64,000 nt of DNA. It comes from an uncultured Chloroflexia bacterium. Its GTDB lineage: Bacteria; Chloroflexota; Limnocylindria; Limnocylindrales; CSP1-4. The position numbers were made by a program, and so were the translations under genes. The first letter of the stretch is position 1. Each line of letters starts with the position of its first letter. Positions 56,436 through 64,000 of this stretch are shown in pieces. The notes beneath the pieces were generated by a model. That model did not search any database. It worked only from the letters and a program-made list of their open reading frames with translations, and was not told the origin of the DNA. Location of the stretch: contig CAVQIZ010000002.1 in the NCBI GenBank assembly GCA_963712735.1, positions 186,791 to 250,790 of the forward strand. The letters run 5' to 3'.

Positions 56436-57255
56436 TCACCGGCGAAGACGTCGGGGGCGATGAGCTCGGCCAGGACCACGATGCCCTCGATCACCCGCGG
56501 GCCCGGATAGGCGAGACAGGCCGCGACCGTCGACGGCGAAGAACTCGCCCTCCCGCACCGCTTCAAGCTCATCGAACCAGGCCGGCAGGGGCACAGCGTC
56601 GAGGGCTCGGGCGGCGCCCGCCGCGTCGGCGTCACGCAGCGCGAGGACGAGCACCTGCGGCTCCACCTCGCGGACCTGCTCCCAGTCGGTCAGCGCCGAC
56701 GCTTCGCCCTCCCGCCCGAGCAGCTCCCATCCGCCGGCGCGGCGAACCATCTCCGGCACCCATCGCCCACAGCTCGTGGGTGGGTCGAGGCCTTCCAGCA
56801 CGACGACCCGTCGTGTCGCGTGCGCCGGCACGCGCTGCTCCACTTCCGCCAGGCGCTCACGCAGCAGCTCGACGAGGCCGACCGCCTCGTACTCCGATTC
56901 GGTGTAGGCACCGACGGTGGAGATGCTGTTGAAGATGCCCTCCAGTGTCTGCGGTGCCAACGCCACGAGCGTGACGTCCCGCTTCAGGCCACCGACCGCG
57001 GCGCTGATCTCGGCATAGTCCACGAGCGGCTCGTCGTCGGAGCCGTCGGCCAGCACGAGGTCGGGCTCCAGGGCCGCCAGCAGGTTCGCATCGAGGCGCC
57101 GACCCATCACATCGGGGCCACGCCGCGTCACGATGGGCACGTCCATCACCTCAGGCGGGTCCTCGCAGGCGTGGCTGCGGCCGACCAGCTCGTCACCCAG
57201 GCCAAGGGCAGTAGACGATCTGGGTGGCTGAGGGCGTGAGGGAGACGATGCGCAT
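56436..57255 (-). CDS. BtuF-like cobalamin-binding / class-III periplasmic-binding-protein-fold protein without signal peptide (frameshift right after start)
   Basis: MRIVSLTPSAT then other frame ALGLGDELVGRSHACEDPPEVMDVPIVT...LEPDLVLADGSDDEPL; PBP type III fold, no signal peptide. Confidence 0.55.
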
Positions 57256-57336
57256 GGCGGTCCCATCGTCCCACGCCGGCACAGACCTGTCCGCCGAGCA
57301 GCACGACGTCGAGAGGCGATGCGCTAGCCTCTAGGC

Positions 57337-58264
57337 ATGCCATCGCCAGCGGTCGACGTCCGCAACGTCTGGAAGCGCTACGGTGACACCGATGTCGTGA
57401 TCGACCTCTCCTTCGATCTGCAGCCGGGCGAGGTGCTCGGCTTCCTGGGGCCCAACGGCTCGGGCAAGACCACCACGATGCGCATGATCCTCGACATCGT
57501 GCGACCGGCTCGGGGCGAGATCGAGGTCTTCGGAAACCCGCCCGGCGTCGAGCACCAGGATCGGGTGGGCTACCTGCCGGAAGACCGCGGCCTCTACCGA
57601 GACGTCAAGATCATCGACACGCTGACCTACTTCGGAGCCCTGCGTGGGATGTCGCAGTCGGCGGCGCGCAAGCGGGCGATGTCGCTGCTCACCGAGATGG
57701 GGCTCGACGACGCTGCCGACAAGAAGGCCGCCGAGCTGTCCCGCGGCATGCACCAGAAGGCGCAGCTCATCGCCACCATCCTCAACGACCCCGACCTGCT
57801 CATCATCGACGAACCCTTCCAGGGCCTCGACCCGGTCAATGCCGACATGCTCAAGGGCGTGGTCCGGCAGCAGCGCGACCGTGGGGCGGCGGTGATCATG
57901 AGCACCCACGACATGGGCGACGCGCAGACGCTCTGCGACCGCATCCTGCTCATCGACAAGGGCACGCGTCTGCTCTACGGCACCGTGGCGAGGGTGCGCG
58001 ACGCGTTCAGCGATGGTGCCGTCCAGGTCAGCGGCCCGGACATCCCCACCAGTGCTGCCGAGCTGCGCCAGCGTCACCGACGTCAGCGTCGTCGACGGCG
58101 CGGTGCGCTACCTCATCCGCGACGGAGCCTCGCCTCAGGACCTCTTCCGCGAGCTCGCCGCCAGCGGGGCCCACGTCGACCAGTTCGCGGTGCAGGCACC
58201 CAGCCTCGACGAGATCTTCATCCGCACGGTCGCCGGCGACCCACGCGCCCAGGCCGTCCGGTGA
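57337..58264 (+). CDS. ABC transporter ATP-binding protein (ABC-2/NatA-like), frameshift ~58070
   Basis: ...GEVLGFLGPNGSGKTTTMRMIL...LSRGMHQKAQLIATILNDPDLLIIDEPFQGLDP...; C-terminal ~65 aa in another frame. Confidence 0.8.
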
Positions 58265-59548
58265 GCACGACCCATCCGTCCCGCTCGCAGCCGCCCGAGG
58301 CCCGCTCCGGACGGCTGCGCCTGACGTCGCTCGTCGCGCGCCGCGAGTACCTGCGCACGGTGCGACGGCGTGGCTACATGTTCGGCACCATCCTGCTGCC
58401 GCTGGGCATCGGCTTCCTCATGACCATCTCGATGTTCTTCTCCACCAGCGGCTTCTCCTCTGACGGCGAGGCCAGCGGCACCATCGTCATCGTCAACGCG
58501 TCCGACGTGCCCATCAGCGACTTCAGCACCGACTCGGCGACGCTGCGAACGCTGAGCGAACCGGAGGCGGCCGCACAGCTCGAGGCCGGCTCCATCAGCG
58601 AGTACTACCAGATCCCGGCCGACTTCCGCAGCAGCGGCGAGGTGACGCGCATCGAACCAGCCGCGGGGCTGAACATCTCGCGCCTGGAGGGCCAGCAGAA
58701 CAACGAGGGCCTGCTGCGCTATGTCATCCGCGACGCGCTGCTGCGCGAAGCCGGCGTGTCGAGCCAGGACGCCGCGCGCATCCTGCAGGGCGTCACGGTC
58801 ACCGCCGTCACCACCGAGGGCGACGAGGTCTCCGCCGCCGATCGTCGCCGCCGGCATCGCCATCCCCATCGTCTTCGTGGCCATCTTCATGATCAGCATC
58901 TTCATGACCAGCGGCTACCTGCTGCAGTCGGTGACCGAGGAGAAGGAGAACCGCGTCGTCGAGATCGTGCTGAGCTCCGTTCCGGCCACGCCGCTGATGG
59001 GCGGCAAGATCCTGGGCCTCGGTGGTGCCGGCTTGACGCAGGTCGCCATCTGGACCGTCTCTGCGCTGATCGCCGTGCCGCTGCTGTCGAGCCAGGTCCC
59101 GGATATCGGCCCCATCAGCCTCGACCCCACCGTGCTGCTCCTGGCGCTCACCTACTTCATCCTGGGCTACCTCGCCTACGGCGCTATCTTCGCGGCCATC
59201 GGCGCCATCGCCCCGGGCAACCGTGAGGCGCAGCAGTACTCGGGGTTCCTGGGCTTCGCGGCGGCCATCCCGCTCATCGTCTCGTCGCTGTTCCTGACGG
59301 ACCTGACATCACCGCTGGTGGTGGCACTCTCGATATTCCCGCTCACCGCGCCCACCTCGATGCTGCTGGTGCTCGGGCTGTCCGAGTCCATCCCGTGGAC
59401 GCTGGTGGGCGCGTCACTGGTGAGCCTGTCGCTGTTCGCCCTGTTCGCCACCTGGGCCTCGGCACGCATCTTCCGCGCGACCGTGCTGCTGTACGGCGTG
59501 CGACCCTCGGTGCGCCAGCTGATGGACGCGGTCCGCTCCCCGCGCTGA
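58261..59548 (+). CDS. ABC-2 family transporter permease (frameshift ~58845)
   Basis: GTGA overlap with ATPase; N-terminal TM + large extracytoplasmic loop, then 5 TM ...IPIVFVAIFMISIFMTSGYLLQSVTEEKENRVVEIVLSSVPATPLM... Confidence 0.7.
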
Positions 59549-59684
59549 AGCACCGGGCCGCCAGCCCAGGCGCGCGACCGTCAGGCGGCGCTACCGAGCC
59601 GCGCGAGCGAAGACCCCACGCTGGCCCACGTGGGGTCTTGCTGCAGGTGTGATGTGCGAGCCGCCCGTGCGAGCGGCAGCGCGA

Positions 59685-59972
59685 TCAGGCGGGCTTGAGC
59701 TCGTTGACCATGGCGCGAGCCGCGTCCTTGTCCTTGAACCAGAGCGCGTTGATCTCGGTGTAGGCGGCCTGGTCGCCGGGCACGGAGTCCTCGGGGAAGA
59801 TCGCCGCCACCGGGCACTCGGGCTCACACGCGCCGCAATCGATGCACTCGTCGGGGTCGATGTACAGGGTCCGGTCGATGCCTTCCTCGAAGTGGATGCA
59901 ATCCACCGGGCAGACGGCCACGCAGGCCTGGTCCATCGTATCGACGCAGGGCTCTGCGATGACGTAGGTCAT
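59685..59972 (-). CDS. fdxA: ferredoxin (7Fe FdxA-type, [3Fe-4S][4Fe-4S])
   Basis: ATG 59972 after AAGGAG; [27 protein letters not shown]...[17 protein letters not shown]. Confidence 0.85.
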   Translation of the reverse strand: MTYVIAEPCVDTMDQACVAVCPVDCIHFEEGIDRTLYIDPDECIDCGACEPECPVAAIFPEDSVPGDQAAYTEINALWFKDKDAARAMVNELKPA

Positions 59973-60147
59973 TGACGCACTCCTTCGTTGTCTCGGTTGG
60001 TCGCCGAGGCGCACGCCCCGGTGGTCATTCACTGGTCGGCTGAGCCCATCTTACCCACGAGCGCCGACATCCGTGGGTGCATTCGGACCCTGCGGCGGGT
60101 GCACTATGGACCGGAATCAGGGGCCTCGCCGGGTCCCTGCGCGGGCC

Positions 60148-60682
60148 TCACGGGCTGATGGTGATGTCGCGCAGGTCGACCGCCCCGACCATGCCCTTCT
60201 CGATGTGGCCCGGGATGTGGCAGAGGATGGCCAGGTACTCGTCGCTGGGCACGTGGTAGTCGATGCGTCGTCTGCTCGCCCGAGCCGAGGAGCACGCGCA
60301 GGCCACCGGTGCTGGGTGGAACGCTGGCAGGTGGCGCGGTGGCGAACAGGCTGGGTGGCGTCGCAGCGGCGTCGGCCCGATGCCAGGCCTCCTGCACGTC
60401 GGCGTCCCCGATGACGAAGTCGTGCACCTCCAGCCCGGCGTTGAAGATGGTGAAGCGCACGGTCTCTCCGGGCACCAGCACGACCGGGGTGGGGTCGAAG
60501 CGATAGTCGCGCATGATGACGGTCACGTCGCGGGGAGCCGCCGCCGTGCCAGGCTCGGCGATGGTGACGTCCGGTGGCGGCTCGCCGGGGCGCTGCATGC
60601 CGATGAGCACCAGCGTGACGGCCACGACAGCGAAGACGATGACCACGACGACGGGCGCGCGGGAGATGGACTGCTGTGGCAC
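60148..60682 (-). CDS. membrane-anchored cupredoxin (type-1 blue copper) protein, frameshift ~60250
   Basis: N-terminal TM VVVVIVFAVVAVTLVLI; ...MRDYRFDPTPVVLVPGETVRFTIFNAGLEVHDF; C-terminus in other frame ...YLAILCHIPGHIEKGMVGAV (Cys-His-Met copper ligands). Confidence 0.65.
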
Positions 60683-60760
60683 CGTCGCAGGGTAGCCGAC
60701 CGCACGGAGAGTGGCTTCACATGGCCAAGCGGGGGCATCCCGAGCGACGGACCGACGGCG

Positions 60761-60937
60761 CTACCAGCGGAACGGAGCCGCCAGCACCGGCTCCGGCCCG
60801 GGCAGCAGGAGCCCGGCAAGGGCGAGCGCGGCGACGAGCACGACGCCGACGACGCCGAGCCACGCCAGCCAGAGCGGCGCCCCCGTGCGTCCGAGGCGAC
60901 GACCCAGTTCGGCGACGAGTGCGGCTGCGGTCTGCAT
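60761..60937 (-). CDS. hypothetical small membrane protein (58 aa)
   Basis: ATG 60937 after AAGGATGG; MQTAAALVAELGRRLGRTGAPLWLAWLGVVGVVLVAALALAGLLLP...; one TM. Confidence 0.3.
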   Translation of the reverse strand: MQTAAALVAELGRRLGRTGAPLWLAWLGVVGVVLVAALALAGLLLPGPEPVLAAPFRW

Positions 60938-61139
60938 GAGGTCCCATCCTTCTGCGCGTACATGGCGGATCGATGGGAGCGAGGCTACGGTCGAGCCCTT
61001 GGACGACCATCGCCGGGGACTTCACGCGCGCTTATCCGGATGTGGACAAGCCCGGCAGGTGGACGAATCGAAAGGCGCCCTCCGAGGAGAGCGCCTTCGT
61101 GCGACTGCTGCGGGCGACCAAGTCGGCCGCCACGATCAC

Positions 61140-61508
61140 CTAGCGGCGAGCGCGGAAGCAGTCGTTGCAGTAGACCGGGCGGCTGCCGGTGGGCTGGAAG
61201 GGCACCTGCGCGACCTTGCCGCAGTCGGCACAGGTGGCGTCGTAGAGCTGGCGCGGGGGACGGTCGTACCCGCCGCCACCACCACCGTAGCCACCACCGC
61301 CGCCACTGCTGTAGCCGCCACCGCCGCTGCTGTAGCTGTCATCGCCATAGCCGCCGGTGTTGCGCTGGGCCTTGCGGGCCTGGCGGCACGACTTGCAGCG
61401 CTTGGGGGCGTCGGTGAAGCCCTTCTCCGCGTAGAACGCCTGCTCGGATGCGGTGAAGGTGAACTCCTGACCACAATCGGCACAGGTGATAGTCCTGTCC
61501 TCGTACAC
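61140..61508 (-). CDS. double zinc-ribbon (zf-trcl-like CxxC...CxxCR) protein with Gly/Tyr/Ser-rich linker
   Basis: ITCADCGQEFTFTASEQAFYAEKGFTDAPKRCKSCRQ ...GGYGDDSYSSGGGGYSSGGGGGYGGGGGGYD... ATCADCGKVAQVPFQPTGSRPVYCNDCF. Confidence 0.7.
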   Translation of the reverse strand: MYEDRTITCADCGQEFTFTASEQAFYAEKGFTDAPKRCKSCRQARKAQRNTGGYGDDSYSSGGGGYSSGGGGGYGGGGGGYDRPPRQLYDATCADCGKVAQVPFQPTGSRPVYCNDCFRARR

Positions 61509-61670
61509 GAACGAACGAACCTCCTAGGTTCCTAACATTGACCAGGGACGTTCGAGCGGGATACGGGACCACGATGAGCGTTCCTGAGATTACCGAGACG
61601 GACTATAGCGACCGCATCGACGCGGCGCCAGCACCTTTTTGCACCTCCGACATCACCGGTCCATCACGGA

Positions 61671-61869
61671 CTACATCGATGGCTCGTAGTCGGGCGCAAG
61701 GATGCGCCCGGGATCATCCTCGAAGTCGAGCCGGCAGCCCTTGCCGCAGAAGTAGTAGGTCGTGCCCTCGTGCTCGGCGGTGTGCTGTGCATCCTCGATG
61801 ACGACCTGCATGCCGCAGACCGGGTCGATGGCGATGCCGGGACCGGGGGGTGTGTCTGTGATGGTTCAT
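61671..61869 (-). CDS. YHS-domain (TRASH-type metal-binding) small protein; frame depends on the length of a C6 homopolymer
   Basis: ATG 61869: MNHHRHT, then with one C fewer in the C-run: PGPGIAIDPVCGMQVVIEDAQHTAEHEGTTYYFCGKGCRLDFEDDPGRILAPDYEPSM*, stop 61671. Confidence 0.55.
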
Positions 61870-61981
61870 GCGCGCGAGTGTACGCGACGACCCGATCCGG
61901 GCTCGTCCGCGTATCCTGCCCCTTGTGACTGACAGACCCAAGCACTCTCGCTCCCGGTCCACGGACGATCGCAAGCTGCTC

Positions 61982-62665
61982 ATGCAGCGGCCGTTCGCCG
62001 ACCCCTCCTTCCTCGAGTCCGACGCCTGGCGCGCGCTGCGCATCATGGGTGAGTTCATCGACGGCTTCGATGCGCTCGCGCGGCTGGGGCCGGCGGTCAG
62101 CATCTTCGGCTCCGCGCGGACCAAGCCCGACGATCCCATGTTCAGGCAGGCCGAGACGCTCGCGGCCCGGCTCTCCGAGCAGGGCTTCACCGTCATCACC
62201 GGCGGCGGCCCGGGCATCATGACGGCCGCCAACAAGGGCGCCAAGGAAGCCGACGGCGTGTCCGTCGGCCTGGCCATCGACCTGCCGCGCGAGACCGGCC
62301 TCAATCCCTACGTCGACCTGCCCGCCTACTTCCGCTACTTCTTCGTGCGCAAGACGATGTTCGTCAAGTACGCCCAGGCCTTCGTCATCTTCCCCGGCGG
62401 CTTCGGCACCTTCGACGAGCTGTTCGAGTCGCTGACGCTGGTTCAGACCGACAAGATCGACCACTTCCCCATCATCCTCTTCGACAGCAGCTACTGGGCG
62501 GGGCTCATCGACTGGCTGCGAGCGCAGGTGGTCGCGCGCGGCAACGTCTCGGAGCCGGACCTCGAGCTCTTCCGTGTCAGCGACGACATCGAGGAGGTGG
62601 TTGACATCATCGCCGAGTCCTATCGGGCCCGCGAGGCCAACCACGTGAGCGAGGAGGGGCGCTGA
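61982..62665 (+). CDS. LOG-family (TIGR00730) Rossmann-fold nucleotide-binding protein / cytokinin riboside 5'-monophosphate phosphoribohydrolase-like; alternative starts 61925 (GTG) or 61868
   Basis: ...GPAVSIFGSARTKPDDPMFRQAETLAARLSEQGFTVITGGGPGIMTAANKGAKEADGVSVGL...PGGFGTFDELFESLTLVQTDKI. Confidence 0.75.
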   Translation: MQRPFADPSFLESDAWRALRIMGEFIDGFDALARLGPAVSIFGSARTKPDDPMFRQAETLAARLSEQGFTVITGGGPGIMTAANKGAKEADGVSVGLAIDLPRETGLNPYVDLPAYFRYFFVRKTMFVKYAQAFVIFPGGFGTFDELFESLTLVQTDKIDHFPIILFDSSYWAGLIDWLRAQVVARGNVSEPDLELFRVSDDIEEVVDIIAESYRAREANHVSEEGR

Positions 62666-63106
62666 TGCGCATCGCCGTCGGGCACCGATCACGCCGGTCT
62701 GCCGCTCAAGCAGGTCATCGTGGCGTGGCTCGCCGAGCACGGCTACGAGGTCGTGGACTTCGGCGTGGACACGCCCGACCAGGTGGACTACCCCGACTAC
62801 GTCGCCCCCGCGGCACGTGCGGTGGCCGCCGGCGACTGCCGCTTCGGCATCGTCTTCGGCGGCAGCGGCACCGGGGAGCAGATCGTGGCCAACAAGATCG
62901 ACGGCATCCGCTGCTGCCAGGCCACCGAGCCGGTCACGGCGGCGCTGTCGCGCCAGCACAACGACGCCAACATGCTCTCGATGGGTGCGCGCATCGTGGG
63001 CACCCAGGTCGCCATCGGCTGCGTGGAGGCGTTCCTGGCGGCGCAGTTCGAGGGTGGCCGCCACGTGGCGCGGGTCGAGAAGATCATGGCCCTGGAGTCC
63101 GCGTAG
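62665..63106 (+). CDS. rpiB: ribose-5-phosphate isomerase B, second copy without N-terminal extension (frameshift ~62685)
   Basis: MRIAVG then other frame DHAGLPLKQVIVAWLAEHGYEVVDFGVDTPDQVDYPDY...GIVFGGSGTGEQIVANKIDGIRCCQATE. Confidence 0.75.
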
Positions 63107-63819
63107 GAGCCGTCTACGGTGCCTTCTCGCCTGGCTGCCTGTCGGGCACGATGGGCCTTGGTCTTCTCTAGGTACTCGATGGGATCGGGCATGACGCAGG
63201 CGGTCTGACCGGGGTCGAACTCGACGTGGCCCAGGGCGGAAGCGGTCCTGCGCGCCGCGGCCTCCAGCTCATCGCTGCGCAGCCCGATGCCCGTGATGGC
63301 GTTGCTGGCCGACCGGCGCGTCCAGTTGCCGTACTCCTCCATGCGCTCCGCGATGGTGTCGAGCTGTGCCTCGAAGTAGCCGCTCGGCACCTCCTCGTCG
63401 CCGAGGGCCACGAGGTTCATCAGGTCCCAGCCGGCCTGTGCCGTGCGGTCGCGACGCGAGCCGATCCAGCGCTCCGCTCGCTCACGTCGGCCGGGCACGC
63501 GCGAGGCGAGGGACGACAACGAAGGTATCGACCAGGAAGTAGCTGTCGATGTCCTCGAGCCAGGCATCCAGTCCGTCCTCCGAGACCGACGCGGATCGGC
63601 CACCATGCAGGCGAGCAGCCGCGCATCGGCGTTGCCGCTGGCCCACAGCTGGTCGGCGAGGGCCTGGTCGGTCCCGATGCGCCGGGCCAGCGGCCGCAGG
63701 TCGCCGAACTTGACACCGAAGAGCGGCTCGGACGCTCCGTGGCGCAGGTACGTCCTGCGTGTCTGCTCGCTGCCGCTGGCTTCCAGCGCGGCCATGGCCG
63801 CGTCGTACGTCAGCGTCAT
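63107..63819 (-). CDS. AlkD-like DNA alkylation repair protein (HEAT-repeat glycosylase family), at least 2 frame switches; 3' end approximate
   Basis: MTLTYDAAMAALEASGSEQTRRTYLRHGASEPLFGVKFGDLRPLARRIGTDQALADQLWASGNADARLLACMVADP ... VSEDGLDAWLEDIDSYFLVDTFVV ... ERWIGSRRDRTAQAGWDLMNLV... Confidence 0.55.
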
Positions 63820-64000
63820 GGCGCGGCAGGCAGCTCCCGCAGCTGTCGCGCGATGGACTCTGCCCACGTGGAGATCTCCGACCACGGCCGGAAGTCGCCC
63901 TCCTGTGCCCGCACCAGCGCCACGAGCGCCTTCTCGCTGATGCCCAGGTCGGAACCCTCGATCTTGCCGGCGAAGAGCCGGTGACCGCGGGCGTCGATGC
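63816..64000 (-). CDS. hypothetical protein, C-terminal fragment (gene starts beyond window end)
   Basis: ...IDARGHRLFAGKIEGSDLGISEKALVALVRAQEGDFRPWSEISTWAESIARQLRELPAAP*; stop overlaps AlkD-like start (ATGA). Confidence 0.4.
   Translation of the reverse strand, partial: IDARGHRLFAGKIEGSDLGISEKALVALVRAQEGDFRPWSEISTWAESIARQLRELPAAP

Noticed and set aside
57331-58077. 248-aa minus-strand ORF
   Set aside because: Antisense to the ABC ATPase (Walker A/B and signature motif on the plus strand)
60263-63064. Large ORFs 60263..61417(+), 60711..61535(+), 61664..63064(-)
   Set aside because: Antisense to cupredoxin, zinc-ribbon, LOG and rpiB genes; repetitive Arg/Gly/Ala translations

Overview
High-GC (~70%) bacterial chromosome segment. 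The gene content (F420-dependent LLM oxidoreductase, Ddn-like deazaflavin reductase, SenX3/RegX3-like and PhoU genes, many GTG starts) suggests Actinomycetota or a similar high-GC lineage. No tRNA, rRNA, CRISPR, transposase or integrase gene was found by eye.

Main content, 5' to 3':
1. Two tandem GT2 glycosyltransferases, citrate synthase, nicotinamidase, an EamA transporter, a DDAH-family gene, DUF72, Dps and a small RTX-repeat secreted protein.
2. A ten-gene bacterial-microcompartment (metabolosome) operon at ~8.6-15.0 kb: SorC/DeoR regulator, RpiB, DeoC and an acylating aldehyde dehydrogenase, each with an N-terminal encapsulation-peptide-like extension, plus one BMC-H, two BMC-T (one divergent, one PduT-like) and three BMC-P shell genes. 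This matches the bioinformatically defined but experimentally uncharacterised 'SPU' (sugar-phosphate-utilising) locus class. No PduL or alcohol dehydrogenase is present.
3. A convergent P-type cation ATPase, then Ppx/GppA, an S9 peptidase and an arginine deiminase operon in the order arcC-arcB-arcA.
4. A phosphate/polyphosphate supercluster: PPK2, DUF971, PPK1, a CYTH-CHAD protein, pstSCAB, phoU, ArsC/LMW-PTP, a SixA-like phosphatase and a SenX3/RegX3-like two-component pair, with a candidate direct-repeat Pho box upstream of pstS.
5. gltX, a J-domain protein, an asparaginase-II-family gene, upp, a PfkB kinase plus SDR, a MetE-like gene, a NitT/TauT-type ABC importer, a class-III aminotransferase, F420-dependent enzymes, proC, a zinc-ribbon SAM methyltransferase, a BtuF-like protein, an ABC-2 exporter, ferredoxin, a membrane cupredoxin, a YHS protein, a GY-rich zinc-ribbon protein, LOG, a second rpiB and an AlkD-like gene.

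About half of the genes carry one or more single-nucleotide frameshifts inside otherwise perfectly conserved protein sequence; OTC, carbamate kinase, PPK1, GluRS and others need 3-5 frame switches. Several that were checked sit in short C/G runs, and one is in the single essential gltX. This most likely reflects homopolymer indel errors in the assembly rather than biology, and should be checked against reads.
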